A stretch of 64,000 bases of DNA from Eledone cirrhosa (lineage: Eukaryota), in NCBI GenBank assembly GCA_964016885.1, contig OZ024740.1:329592001-329656000 (forward strand), in the 5' to 3' direction. The position numbers and the translations under genes are program-made. The notes beneath the pieces were generated by a model. The model searched no databases and had not been told where the DNA came from. It saw only the letters and a list, made by a program, of their open reading frames with translations. Below, piece by piece: positions 40,348-54,981 of this stretch. Within the stretch, counting starts at the first letter, position 1. Each line of letters begins with the position of its first letter.

Positions 40348-43300
40348 TAGCAGATTTACCCGGCGTTGCTCGGAGTTTGAAATTATGCTAAGAATATACA
40401 GCTAGGAAGTAAAAGAAGAAAATTTATTTGCCACCAACCTGTAAAAAATAGCAAAAGTCTTCAATAATTAATGCAAACGAATATTTAGTGCAATCTTTGT
40501 ACACATAAAACTATGCTGATAATGAAGGAAAACACTGAACAGGATATAGTTATACAAATGATTAAAGACAATAAACGTTGCAAATCTGTAAAAAAACAGG
40601 CAGTTTTGCTAAAGTACAAAAAGTTGTAATGAAAGAAGAGTTGTATACAAACAAAAAAAAACAACGAGAAAATCTATTCTTTGAGAGCATCCTTTTCTGT
40701 GTATGGTTAAATGTTTAACTTATAAACCAAAATATCCTGCATGACATATTCATTGGTATGTTTTATAATGAGTAAGGTGAAGTCAAGGCAGAGCTGTAAT
40801 AAGTTTTTTTGTTAACACTAAAGTACTTCAGGATAGACGATATTATTTGTTTTTCTTTTCGGAACAAACGCAAAGAGATTATCTCGACTGCCAACTCGTG
40901 AGCAGCCAACTTAGAATTGTCCGTGCGAAAAGCAAGATTCATCCAAGTGAATTCTAGCGATGGACAAAGTTTGACCTTGCGACTTGTTTATGGACATCGC
41001 AAATGGAACACGAAGGGGAAATTGGATTCGGCGAAAGGAGAAGGGAGTATCCACGGCTGATGTAGTCAGGCTAATTTTTGTTATTATCATATCCTCGCCT
41101 TCTCCACATCCGGATAGAATGGTAGCGTCAATACTAAGTGGAGACAGATTTTTAACCACAAGACGTGTACCATTGCATAGTTTTGGAGGAGTGATATTTC
41201 TCAGCAAAATAACTGGTGTTCCCTCTTTCAGAACCAATGTATTAGGAGGTAAACCAGGAGGATTTAAAGAATTTAGAAATTCAACTGGATAATTGACCGC
41301 ATCCTGTGGATCACATACAGTATCAATATATTTATATATCCGTGGATAACCAGGAAGAAGCTGAAGAAACTGATCGTTAATACAGCTAACTGTGATATTT
41401 TTTGGTGTAAGAATGGCTCTTTCGCATAGCCAATCAAGATTCGTATAGTTATCACGAAGTTCGGAAATACACTCGCCTTGAGATCATCAACAGTTTCACT
41501 GTGATCAATTGCTATGTGCCCATCTGTATCCAGAAAATGTTGATGACATAGGGTCCCCATAGAATCTTGCACGCATATTGTTAGATAGTCTTAATGATGT
41601 CACTTGTCGCCACAATGCTGAAGACTTAAGACATGCATTTACCGCATCTGCTCTTGTTCCTTTCGGTATTATACGAAGAGTCTGTCTGAAGTCTCCTGCA
41701 ATCCCGTATGTCTTGCAAAGACCTGTCTAGTGCTTTAAGAGCACCTTTGTGCGCCATTGTGCACTCATCCCAAACAATAAGGTGACACCTTCGCAGCAGA
41801 TGAGCCCTTTCGAAGTCTTTGGTGATATGACAAGTACGATTTTCCAATGTTGCCAAATCAAGGGGCAATTTAAAAACTGAATGTGCCGTCATTCCATCAG
41901 GGAGAAAAGTTGCTGCGATTCCAGAGGACGCAACTGCTATTGCTATGTCCTTATTCTATTGCTATGTCCTTATGCTAGAAGAAGTTTAGTAACGAAAGTT
42001 TTTTCCTTTTCCCCCTGGAGCATTGAGGAAAAATATGCCACCTCTTCTTTGAAATACCAATTCAATAATGGTGGTATAAGCCAATCGCTGATCACGTAGA
42101 AGTTTTGGCTCATTATCTATGACGTAGAGGCCGAGATTATGGATGTCATAAGAAGTCTCCTGTATTATATCTGTGGTAAGTTTGTTTGAGTCTGTGCGAT
42201 GAGTTTCTTGTAAACCGTAGTCACGTAAAATATTTCCTCCAATCAGAGCTAACTTGTCCTCAATATCGATGAGAGCTCTGTTGTATAATTCATTACTAAA
42301 GCCGACCTCTATTTCTAGAAGCAGCAATGGTGCTTGGTGTCTGTAGTTGTTTGTTAGTTCATCCCTATATTTCATCCACAATGCCAGAGGATCAGATAAG
42401 TTGCACGAGTGCAAAAGTACCGCAAATAAATTTCTTAGGCTGGCAGGTGAATGTGAAAGAGCAGCTTCCGCTAACGTTGCATCTCACTGCGACCCATCTT
42501 CCAGCAATCCACGCCTCAAACATGCCTTTGTGTATGTTGGAAGAACTTGTCCGTCTAACGTTCGGAGATCATCAAAGCAGGTAGGTCCTCTGATCTCATG
42601 TAGTAGCATACGAAGATGGAAGCTCTCGTGTTAGTTTGGGGGCACAGTATAAACTCTGCCCAAGCACACGTTGAACTCGATGCCTGGATAACCTTCGACA
42701 CACTGTCCTGTTTTTCTTCGCTTCCATGTATTTTTGTCCCAGGTATAGTAAGATGGGACTTGTGGATATAGTAAGGTTTTAGCAAATGGATCTTCTTGAC
42801 ATAGTTTAAAGAAAGTGGTAAGAGTAGTTTCCTCTGGTTCTTGTGCTAACTGAGCAGCTGATGCATTCGTAAAATATACTCTCTGACCGTTCTCCAGGTG
42901 CACTTTTTGAACAAGTTTTTGAACAGCAGGATGCCGATCTGAAAATCCACCATAACGCTTCATTAGAGCTAATGTATCCTCCAGTTTGGTACTGGGCCAT
43001 TTCATGTCGGCTGTTTTCCCGAAGTAATCCAAACAGCAGCATCAGAGCCTTTATTAATGTACTAACAAATGTATTGTATAGATTTAATCGAATTACAGTA
43101 TTCTACGTTGATGTGTACATCAACAATCTTTATAAGGAGTGGATTATATGGAACAACCCATCTGTTGTCAACCTCATGTTTGCCAACCATTGCTGTGAAT
43201 CCACCATCTTCGGGTCTTCTCCGGCGATATAGTGGGTATTCGTCATGACCAGTCTGTGCGTCCTTAAGGATCTGTCGGGGATATTTCTTTGAGCACCTAG

Positions 43301-44100
43301 ACTTGTCCTTAACACACGTTAGGTTGTTGTGAAATCCATGTCCACATAGGCCATGCACCATGTATGCTTTAACTTTTTGGTAAAGGTCCCTGTCGATTGC
43401 CGGATCCGGAAACTCAGCATAAATGACATTGTCAATTTCATCTGATCTAAGTTTTGTCTTTAACCAGATCAGAATGTGGGCATGTGGCAAGCCTCGTTTT
43501 TTCCACTCAATTGTAAGCATGTCACATTGTACTGGAACAAAGATTTCACCTGTTTTGATAAGTTCCATGAGCTTAATTAACTCAAGATGGAAAACTCTGG
43601 CAATAAGATCCTGCCTGGAAAGAGTTCTTTCTGAATCTCTTCCCATTTTGGGTTTGAAGTGAAAGTAATAAACAAATCTGGTTTACCGAAAAGGCGCACA
43701 AAAGCTAAAGCATCTTGAAATTTTTCGAAAAAGAACCGAGGACTTCCTGTGAAAGATGAAGGCAGGATGCACAACAGTCCAATACTATCAGGATCTGCAT
43801 CATTGTTCATTCCATCACGAAGGTGAATGTAAGTATCACAGTGAAGTTGTTTCTGATTAAGTCGAATGAAGGATAATCTCCTGGACTCCATTTTTGCGAA
43901 CATGTCAACTGTCAATTGATTGAAGAGGTCCTGTGATCGGTGCAGCTGGTTGAAGCAGTTGTCGCGGATCATGAACCGGAAAGCGTAAAAATCCATGCAC
44001 GTGACAATTTTCGTAGTATGCTCATCTTGGTTTGTGGAATTAATTTGATGAATTCCGAAATGGTATCCATCCTCACCATAAACAAAGGTAATATTGAGGA
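40347..44100 (-). mobile_element. Helitron, RepHel pseudogene, 5'-truncated
   Basis: Rep: LPSSFTGSPR, GKPDLFITFT, RGLPHAHILIW (HUH), VVPYNP. PIF1 helicase: LNAPGGKGK, IVWDE, LCNGTR, FAMSINKSQGQTL. The 3' end on minus has a GC hairpin then CTAG followed by T of a (TA)n tract. Confidence 0.93.
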
Positions 44101-44161
44101 AACAGGTGACGCCGGCAGCAGATCTTCAAATCGGGCCGTTTGTTTACAAACGAATCGAACA

Positions 44162-44343
44162 TGGCAGTATCGGTAGAGCGTCTACGCCATGCTTTGCAGC
44201 AAAGAGTTACGTCTCTTTATGGTTTCAGTTCAAATCTCGCCGAGATTAACCTTGCCTTTCATCCTTACGGGGTCGATACAATAAAGCAGCAGTAATACAC
44301 TGGGATAATTCCTGGCCTTGTGCTAAAAGTAGAAACAATTATT
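44162..44343 (+). mobile_element. SINE
   Basis: Same family as 35020-35207. Confidence 0.85.
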
Positions 44344-44395
44344 AGTGTTCGATATAACCCATACGTACATATCTATATGTATGTATGTGTGTGTT

Positions 44396-44502
<107 letters not shown>

Positions 44503-44624
44503 TTATACATACACCCACACACACACAGAGGAACGGGCGAGGGATTCAAGCACACGTGCCTTGTTCGTTCCCTTGTCGGTTCCATTTGGAATCCCTCGGG
44601 AACATAACCTTATTATGTAAGAAT

Positions 44625-44697
44625 CTGTCTGATGGTGTCTTGGCACTGGGTACACAGAATCGTGTGGCCACTGCCGTTATTGAAATATGTATCACAG
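44625..44697 (+). ncRNA. Hammerhead-like motif (A9 to G)
   Basis: CTGT-CTGATGG-..TGGCA...TGCCG..-GAAA-TATGTATC|ACAG. Confidence 0.55.
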
Positions 44698-45379
44698 TAT
44701 TATCAATAAAGGACTTTAACATCTGAAACTACTTCGCATTTTCTTATTCTATATATACATATAACTTTTTATTTTTTATTTGTTATATTGCATTTTATTT
44801 CATTTTTTGGTTATTACTTTCATCTGTATATGTCAAATCTTAAGAGGAGAAAGGCTTATGTATGATTTGTGACAGTACCTCACCGTTATACCATCTTCAT
44901 CACTTTTATATATTTTATTGGTCATGTGATCTTGTTTACTGTCTTTAATGTATTTATCTTTATGTTTATAAGGACAGATATATATTTGTAAGTGCATGTG
45001 TATATATGTGTGTAGGATGTATGTCTATACACACAGGTGGGTCAGAATGTAGGGACACGTATGTATATTAGCATATATATACTGGTGTATGTGTGTCAGA
45101 GGCTATACAAAGGAGCATATATGAATGCACAAATGTTTGTGTACAAACACGCCATTTCTTTATGTATGCACACGGTTGTGTATCTCTGAGTCTGTGTGTA
45201 TATATATGCTTTTGTACGTATATGTATGAGTATGTATATATATGTGAGTGCGTGTATGGATGTGGGGAGGATATGTGGGAGTACATATATATATATATAT
45301 AGGTGTGTGTCGTTATTAGTTTACATGCGCATGTGCTTGTGTGTGTGTCTGTGATTATATACTTATGTATATGTATGTG

Positions 45380-45441
<62 letters not shown>

Positions 45442-45538
45442 AATACAGATCGAAACTTGAGCTGATCAGTGGCGAAAGGCGCGTCACCTACCAATAAATG
45501 TAATCAAAGGGTAACCAATCGTCCTTGTTATCCTTTCA

Positions 45539-45569
<31 letters not shown>

Positions 45570-45576
45570 TATATAG

Positions 45577-46330
45577 GTATTGAAATTTCCGTTGAAAACA
45601 GAAAAGGTCATAGAAGTGAAGGGTGCTCTATGTAAGTACCAGAGCAAAATTTAATGTGTAAAAATCAATACAATATAATTACCTCATTACCAGAGGTTTC
45701 CCGAATGAGGCGAATACGAAAGAAACGTCTTCGTTCGTTCGTCGGACGAGGCAATATAAAACATGGCTAAATACTTCGAAAGTCTCATCAAGAAAAGCAA
45801 AAAAATTATATAAATATAGACAAATGAATTACAATAGCCATATGAAATATATAAAAATCTTTCAAGAAATATAGATGTGTGTATATGTATGTATATAAGG
45901 TCACAGATGTACATATATGTGTATGTACAAATGTGTACGTATAGTGAAAAAGTGTGCGTAAATATCTGTGTATCTGTAACTACAGACAGACATGATGTGG
46001 TTTTCTGTTTGGCAGGTACACATAAAAATAGGGTATTTGATACATTATAAGAATATGAAGGCACGCGTATAAACACACCAACACGCACGTACACTTATAT
46101 GCGGAAGTAAAAGAGGTAAGGGAGTGTAATAATTAAAAGAAAGTATCATTCTCGATATATTTATAAACATGGAACAATAATTGAGAAAGAAAAAAATAAA
46201 GAAAAGAAGACAAACAAAGTACATGCGTACACACACACGTATATCTACAAGAAACGTATATCTATAAGAAATATATACATATACACGCAAAAAACGTGCA
46301 GACAAAAGCGTATGCAAGCACATCTACACA
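45577..46330 (-). mobile_element. Dispersed repeat (family H4) with hammerhead; probable PLE 3' end
   Basis: Diverged homology to 62455-63300; begins at a (TA)n tract. Confidence 0.7.
45682..45751 (-). ncRNA. Hammerhead motif, CCGACGA core variant
   Basis: CCTCGT-CCGACGA-aCGAA...TTCGg-GAAA-CCtctGG-TA|ATGAGG. Confidence 0.65.
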
Positions 46331-46648
46331 CACAGGATGCACATATATATGCATATACGCCTCGCCCCATGCATATCTAATCACGCGCACGCACGCGACT
46401 GTATACACACTCGCACACACACACACAACAATATACATGCTTATATACACACGCACACTTACACATCCATACATTCGGTACGCACACACACACACACACA
46501 CACAGACACACACACACATACATACACTCACGCATATTGACCTGTTTACATGCACACGCATAAAAATGAGGATGTAGAAAAAAAAGAAGAAAAAAAACAA
46601 AACAAAAAACATAGATGTAAAAAAACGGATATAAAGACACATATACAT

Positions 46649-46690
<42 letters not shown>

Positions 46691-46925
46691 GCACGCGCGC
46701 GCACCTGCGGAGGAGCTCGTGTATATATATATATATATATATATTAGGTATAGGATTATCCCATTCTGCTCTGAGGAAACAGTGGTCACAGCATTGGATA
46801 TTTGAGTTCTGCAAGTACTTGTGAATTTGCACGTAGCATAACTAGGCTGCAGTACCACCGTGGAAACACTTGTAAGCACACGGAATAAATTACCTTTTTA
46901 TGATGTCTACCTGTTATTATTCATT

Positions 46926-47014
<89 letters not shown>

Positions 47015-47271
47015 TGTATGTCTGTGTGTGTGTGTATGCATATAGATATATAGTCCTTTTTATTTTATTATTCACATTTTCATATTTATCCTTATTTTTA
47101 TTTTTGTTTTATGTTTACCTTATTATATTTTATTTTTAACCGGGTGTGTACCGATATATCTGTGTATGAGCAACTACCACACACACACTCGTATAAATTA
47201 TATAGGTGTTTATATATATATGTGTGTGTCTGTAGACGTATGTGTGTGTGTATATATATGTATATATATGT

Positions 47272-49476
47272 GTAATGGATAACAAAATATCGTTATAGGT
47301 AATCCAGTTATAGGTTGTGAATACTTCGTATAGTGGATAGTTTTAGCGTACGGCGTTGTTTGAATCAACAAGCCGTTTCCGTACATGGCGAGTTTCTGAG
47401 TTCTCTTTCATTCCTATGTAAGTTTATCTTGGAGTAATAATATTGAAAGAGTGAAGAATAACATGGTCAACAGTAGAAAAAAGGGTTTTAATTACAGTCT
47501 AACAATTGTTTCACTGATTAAGTTCTCTAAAAATTGCTGAACACTTGAAGCTGTGCCACAAAATTTTAAATACGTTGTTAGCTTAACCAGATCATCAGAG
47601 AAACTGTTAATATATGCTCAGTTTTATCGAATTCAAATTACAACATCATTAATAAAGAAAGATAGAGAAAAAAGAAAGTGAGCGAGAGAGAAAATAAAGA
47701 AAAAAAAAGAAAAAAGAAAAAGATATAGAGAAAAAAGACAGAGAAAAGAAGAGAGAAAAAGAGGAAAAAAGTATAACGAAAAAAATATAAAAGATAAATA
47801 AAAATAAAAATAAAAATAAAGGGAAACATGATATCGTTCTTATGGTTCAATCTAATATTTAACTCCTCTATAAAAACTAAACTACCTTATACTTTCTTTA
47901 AATTAATTGACAAGCACTTCCTTAAACTTCACAAATACAATAAAATCTTTACTAGAAATATTATGAAACTTACTCACTGCCAACAACATAGAATCGCACA
48001 TATATAAAATTAACTATAAAAGAATCTCTAATACAAATAGCCTGCAAACCAGCAACATAACACCAAATATAACACACAAGCACACAACATCATCATAACC
48101 AAACACACGTCAGAATACATCACGACAATACATCAACAAACCCAATTCTCAGCCCATGCATAACAACATACAAAGCCGTATCGCGGAACCGGCACATAGG
48201 AAAGTATCAAAATGTAACTGTCATTTGCCTGATAAATGCCCATTACAAAATAGATGCCTGGAGTCAAATGTAGTGTACCTATGTACTATAAATTCAGGCA
48301 ACTTAGCATGGCACTACATAGGTTTGACGGCGGGGGAGTTCAAGAAAAAGTTTTATGTCCACAGACACTCTATAAATAACAGGAGGCTTATGAATACAAC
48401 AACGCTCGCCAATAAAATCTGGCAGCTCAAAGATAAAAACCAGGAATACAGAATCAGCTGGATGAAGTTGTTAACAACAATGGCCTATAGAATTGGCATG
48501 TCCCACTGTGGACTTTGTAATATGGAATTATTCCATATTTTAAAATACAACAAAATGCTGCTTAACTTCAAAATTGAACGAACAATTTTCTGTAGGCATA
48601 ACACGGCCACCAAATTCGATAATTTTAGACCAACTTAATTTATCCCATCTATTCCATAACTCAAATTATACCACTTAAATCTATTATAATACCTATTATC
48701 ATTATTATTATTATTGCCATCAACTGCCAATGAACCAACACCATACACTTTTATATTTTATATTTTCTCTCTTTCATTTTCTATTTCTCCCCCTAAATTT
48801 ATTTCATCTCTTAGATTATATCTTATCGTATTATTTTCACTTCTAATACAACTTACAATTAATTAATTAAATAATTAATTAATTATTTAATTAATTTATT
48901 AAAGTAACTAATACAAACATGAATATATTTAACATGTTCATGTTCATACCATCATATCTCTATATTTTAACAAACAACACCACAACTACTCTCAATAATC
49001 ATACTATGTTTACTTTTCTTCGCATATATAAACATTTTTTAAATTTATATTTTATCATATTTTGTATTGTTTTCTATCAGCCTCAATATAACTTGTTTAT
49101 TAGCATTTATTCATTTATTGTTGATATCATTATTTTTCCCTTTATTATTCGTTTTCTGTTTCTTTATCTTTTATATTTTTTCTTTATCCTTTTCTCTTCT
49201 CTTTCTCTCTTCTTTTCTCTCTGTCTTTTTTCTCTATATCTTTTTCTTCTTTCCCTTTTCTCCATTTCTTTTTCTCTCTCTCCCCCTTTCTTTATTAATG
49301 ATGCTGTAATTTGAATTCGTGAAAACTGAGCATATTTTAACAGTTTCTCTGGTTAAGCTAACAACGAATTTAAAATTAAGTGGCACAGCTTCAAGTGTTC
49401 AGCAACTTTTAGAGAACTTAATCAGTGAAACAATTGTTAGACTGTAAATAAAACCCTTTTTTGTATTCTTCACTCT

Positions 49477-49480
<4 letters not shown>
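47272..49480 (+). mobile_element. PLE 3' half (GIY-YIG) with inverted copy of its 3' end
   Basis: ORF 48156-48638 CNCHLPDKCPLQNRCLESNVVY..HYIGLT..CGLC; arms ~47445-47835 / ~49120-49480; tail 47272-47444. Confidence 0.88.
47495..47606 (-). ncRNA. Hammerhead ribozyme with long stem II loop
   Basis: CAGTTTct-CTGATGA-tCTGGTTAAG...CTTAATCAGt-GAAA-CAATTG-TT|AGACTG. The partner copy at ~49341-49445 has lost the core. Confidence 0.7.
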
Positions 49481-49538
<58 letters not shown>

Positions 49539-49909
49539 GTATGTATGTTCGTATATGTGCCTATCGACATATACTGTATAGCTGGGTTATGTACGGAGAT
49601 GTATGTATGTAGGTGTGTATATAATATATATGTGTGTAGGTGTGGATAGGTGTGTACGTATATGTGTGTCAGGTCACTCTTGAGTGCTACTGTAACATGT
49701 AAACCAGTACACCTTGTTGCATGGTCGGGTCGTCGACTAAACTGCCAACCCCACCAAGTTTACGATTTTGGACACCCTGCAGGACAAATAACAAAACCTG
49801 ACAAAGAGCGGAAGATCTGATAAGGGTCAACGGCCATCCAAAAATGTGTAAATATGTATATACACATGTACATATGTATGTGTATGTATATACGTGTGTA
49901 TATGCCTGG

Positions 49910-52900
49910 GGCGTCAGGGAGGGGCATGTAGCTGTGTAGGGAGGGGGGGGGGGGCTAGCCATGTCCTTCTCAGCACAGCTCGTCCTGCATTGCGACCCAC
50001 ATGACACTCAGCTCTCACCTGTTGACTCAATAATCTGTAGCATGCAACAGCGGCCACAGCCTGGTAAACTGCCTTAGCTGGCGGGCCGAACCAGGTTGAG
50101 GGTAGCCGGACGGGTCTGAAACCCACCGGTGAGTTAGATAGGGGATGCCTTCCCTTGCAAGCGAAGACTGGACCCGGCGGAGTGAGTGGAGGTGGACAAA
50201 ATCGTCGCCACAGCCACGAAGGCGGCGACAACAGGAGGTGTGGAGCGCTAGGGCACGGCAAAGCACTACAGATGGTCGTGGCCATCCCATGCAGCCAAGG
50301 AAGTCCCTGGTTGTGACAGTCCTCCGTACCACCGGATTCTGGCTTCTGCGGTCGAGTGAATGGGACCGTCACTGTGCACGGTCCCTCCCACTATAAACCT
50401 TTCCCGCACATGTTTCTTCTTTAGTGTGCACTCCCAAAGCCCTGCGGCGATGGGCGAGAGACGAAGGTAACAGGTAGAGGTAACCTCTGGGAGTTGCCAG
50501 TCTGAAGCTCACACGTGGGCGGCCTCGATGCGCAAGTCGTTCTCCTCCTGACCCTGGGATGACAGAGGAGATCAGGCGTTCCACCGGGCGACTGAGCAGC
50601 CCTTTTCAGGGGAGCACTGCTCACGCTCACACGAGCGGATGGGCGATAACAGGAGCCCTAATCAAATGCTCGTCCCACACAAAGTCGGTCAGTCTATCGC
50701 GGTTGGCGGTTTTACCCTTGCAATCGGTCGAAACCAACATAATAGAAAGAAGAACTTGATTCTTGGCGCATGGAATGTGCGTACCCTCATGGAGAGGGAA
50801 ACCTTCTTGAGGCCCGTGAGAACTGCCCTCATAGCAAGGGAATTAGCCCGCTACAGGATCGAAATAGCCGCCCTCAGCGACACTAGACTTGCCGAAGAAG
50901 GATCAGTAGCAGAACCGCAAAGGAGGCTACACCTTCTTCTGGAAGGGCAATGCAAAGGACGAGGACAGAATCCACGGGGTAGGCCTGGCCATCAAGACTT
51001 CACTCTACAAGCAGCTACCAGACCTCCCAACACCTGTGAGTGAGCGGCTGATGAAGCTCTGCATGTCACATTCATCGGCGCGTACTCTCATCAGCACCGA
51101 TGAAGCAAAGGGCGCTTTCTACTGGGAACTCAACGCACTCCTGAAGGGCGCCCCCCCCCCCAAGCGATAAAATCATCCTACTGGGGGACTTCAACGCAAG
51201 ACTCGGGTCTGACAGCAGCAACTGGAGATGCGTGCTGGGACCTCACGGCACAGGGAAGCTGAATTCTAACGGCCTCATACTGTTGAGTTTCTGCGCCGAG
51301 AACGACCTCACCATCAACAGCACACTGTTCCGCCAGGCAGACAAGTTCAAGACCACATGCACCCCAGATCCAAATAGTGGCATCTAATTGACTTTGCCAT
51401 ATGCCGCATAAGGGGTATCCGTGATGTCAGAATCACCAGGGCCAAGCGTGGTACAGAGTGTTGACCCGACCATCGCTTTGTCAGGACCATCCTGTCACTG
51501 CACATCACCCTGACGCATCGCAAGAATCCAAAAGTCTGTAGGCCAGCTTTCGACGTCGCACGACTGAAGCATCCAGAGCATCGTGATACGTTCGCGGAAG
51601 AACTGGACGGCGGGTGACTGCTCATGGACCACTGACTGGACACCAACTCAACAGTGGGACCAGTTCAGGTCGTTGGTGACAGATTCAGCCAAGGAAACCA
51701 TCGGTCCGTGGAAGAGAGTCCACCAGGACTGGTTTGATGAAAACGATGATATTCTGAGTGGGAGGATTTCTTTTCACACAGCCAAACCGAAATTGGAGAA
51801 CACTTGATTAATTACATTTATACGTTTTCCATAACAGTATAAATGATGAAGGATCAAAACAACCCTCAGTAACAACGGAGGTCTTTACTATGAATTTAAA
51901 CTGATGAAGGTGCTTTCCTGCTCTTTGAGGTTGCGCTCTTACAGTAAAATCACTGTTTTTTCTCTTACTGTGAGACAAAAAGCTAGTAACCAGCAAACAA
52001 AAACCTTGTCACATGGGTTTGTGTGTTATGTATTAGCAAACATCCTCTTGTGCACGCACGAGAGCATGTTTGCTAATACATAACACTCAAACCGCAGCAC
52101 GATCGACATGATCTTCTCTGTACGTCAGGTGCAGGAGAATTGATGAAGGTCTTCGACAATGTCAACAGGGGGGCCCTCTGGTCAATCCTGTCGAAGTTTG
52201 CATGCCCGACAAAGTTTGTGTACCTGATACGGCAATTCAATGACGAAATGGCATGGTAGGTGCTCTCGGGCGGAAAGGCATCGGAGCCGTTCGAAATCAC
52301 CCACGGTGTCAAGCAAGGATGCGTGTAGGCTCCCGTCCTCTTCAACCTCTTCTTCACCTGCGTACTCAATTATGCCGCCAGGGACCTCGATCACGGAGTG
52401 TATCTGCGATACAGACTGGACGGCTCCCTGATTGACCTGCGGCGCCTGACGGCCAAGACAAGGACCGTGCAGAGGATCGTCCTGGAGGCACTTTTTGCTG
52501 ACGACTGTGCCCTCATGGCCCACAAGGAGTTAGCCCTCCAAGTCATCGTCAACAATATCGCGGAGGCCCCCTGCCTCTTCGGTCTAACAATTAGCCTTGG
52601 CAAGACTGAAATCCTGTTCCAGCCTGCACCCGCCTCCGTCGCCCACCCTCCTTCCATCTCCATCGGAGGCACCCAGCTAAAGATGGTGGACAACTTCAAA
52701 TAGCTGCCAATGACACTGCCGAGGTATGAAAGCCTCGACAAGGAGATAAACGCCAGAATCTGCAAGGCCAGTCAAGCCCTTGGCCGCCTGAAGACACGCG
52801 TCCTGAACCAGCACAACATCAGGCAGTCCACCAAGCTGAAGGTGTATAGGGCCGTTGTTCTCACCAGCCTCCTCTACGGATGTGAGAGATGGACCCTGTA

Positions 52901-53475
52901 CAGAAGGCACCTGAAGCAGTTGGAACGGTTCCACATGCGCAGCCTGTGGTCAATCATGAACATCAAATGGCAGGACAAGGTCTCCAACCTCGAAGTTCTT
53001 GACATGGCTGAGACAACCAGTGTCGAAGCCATGATACTGAAGAGCCCACTTCGATGGGTGGGACATGTCATCCGGATGGACGATCACAGGCTTCCGAAGC
53101 AACTGACGTATGGGGAACTCTGTTCGGGGAAACGAAAGCAGGACAGGCCTCTCAAGAGGTTCAAAGACTGCGTGAAGTCCAGTATCAACAACACTGGAAT
53201 CGCGCCAAAACAACTCGAGTCCCATGCTCAGGACAGGAGTGAGTAGCGAGCCCTTTCCAGACGCGCCAAAGACTCTTTTCAAGAGAAGAGACGGGCAGAG
53301 GTCACAGAGGAGGAAAAATACATCAGCAGCTAACCCAAGCCACTCATGTCTCTTCCCCTGCCCCCACTGTCTCCGGACCAGCATGTCAAGGATCGGCCTC
53401 CACAGCCACCTTCATGCCCATGGCAGAGGGTAACTAAAATAAAAAAGATGACATCATCGTTTACGATGGACAATC
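49910..53475 (+). mobile_element. RTE (BovB-like) LINE pseudogene with internal deletion/insertion
   Basis: GC-rich 5' region; [27 protein letters not shown] (APE); GVKQGC, LFADDCALMA, LLYGCE.W, LRWVGHV, C-terminal CPHC..H..H finger. Confidence 0.9.
52016..52093. repeat. ~78-bp hairpin at the end of an AT-rich insertion in the RTE
   Basis: ggtttgtgtgttatgtattagcaaacatcctcttgtgc / gcacgagagcatgtttgctaatacataacactcaaacc. Confidence 0.85.
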
Positions 53476-54464
53476 AAGGGTATGTGTGTGAATATATGTA
53501 CGTGTAACTATATTTATGGGTGTATATATATATGTGTGTGTATGTGTATGTGTGTTTGTGTGTGTGTGTGTGTGTGTATGTGTATATATGTATGTATATG
53601 CGCGCGCGCGTGTGTGTGTAGTAATATATCTGTATGTTTATATGTGTGCGTATAAATGTATGTATGTATGTATGGGTGTATGACCACGTATGTACATGCA
53701 TCTACAGGTATAGGTACATGTGTGCGTGTGTTTGTGTCTCTGTGTATGTCTGTGTATGAATGTGTCTATATATATATGTGGGTCTATCGTTGATATATGA
53801 GTATGCGTAGGGGTCTGTAGGTGAATAAATGCGTAGTAGGTATATATATATGTGTGTCTCTGTGTGTATATATATACATGTATATATATATATACATGTG
53901 TATGTGTATGTATGTGTGTGTGTGAGGGTGTAAAGGTATGTGCGGGTATACATGTGAGTCTCTATGTTTCTTGCTCAAGTCCGAACTTTACCTCCCCTCC
54001 CTGGCCTCAAAGTGTGACCTACCAAATAAATCTAGAAGTGAAAGGCAGGCGACGGCCTCCAAGCATGAACGGACAAGACAGATTGACCGGATGATCGACA
54101 GACGTTACATCTAGGATAGACTGATGATGATGATGAGATAATGAACCAATTAGCGGGCGTAGAATACCACGCTGTTGAAATGTGCTGTAGATAGCTAATA
54201 ACTAGAGATCTTCATGCATTGAATCGAAGACGAGATCACATAGGAAATACATATCTGACAATCTTTCGATTACAGATTCAGGTTCGAGCTATAATAGGTC
54301 TTTCCTCGAGCTGATCGATAGTGAAACATATGTAATATATTGTTAAATATGTTATCATATAACACTGAATCCTTCTTCCTTTACTTCTATAGTACTATCC
54401 TCTGCTCTGCGCAAGCATCGAGTGCTCAAACGCCATACCGCCTACGGACGTAATTTTTCTTGCA

Positions 54465-54528
<64 letters not shown>

Positions 54529-54882
54529 AATATAAATTACCGAGAATCGTATTTCGGCTTTGGAGTTAGCGAAAATCAACTTCCGAGATGTGTGGCAAGC
54601 GCTCAATAATTCTGACGAACCAGAGCTACAACATACGTTAAAGGCCAAACACACTGAGATGATGGTTAAACCGTCATCCGCAGAGCCATAGAAACGACCA
54701 AGTAATTCGGATCAAACAAATAAAAAAAATATGTGATTGAAAACATTTACCCGGACCCCTGGATGGTTGGTAAAATCCAACATTTGGGTTTCTGCGACTC
54801 CTAAACCAAGTACTGTCCACTTAGACAAATAACGTTAGGCTTCTGGTAAGATGATTGAACAAGGAAGTCACTTTCTCAACAG

Positions 54883-54922
<40 letters not shown>

Positions 54923-54936
54923 TATGTATGTGTATA

Positions 54937-54981
<45 letters not shown>

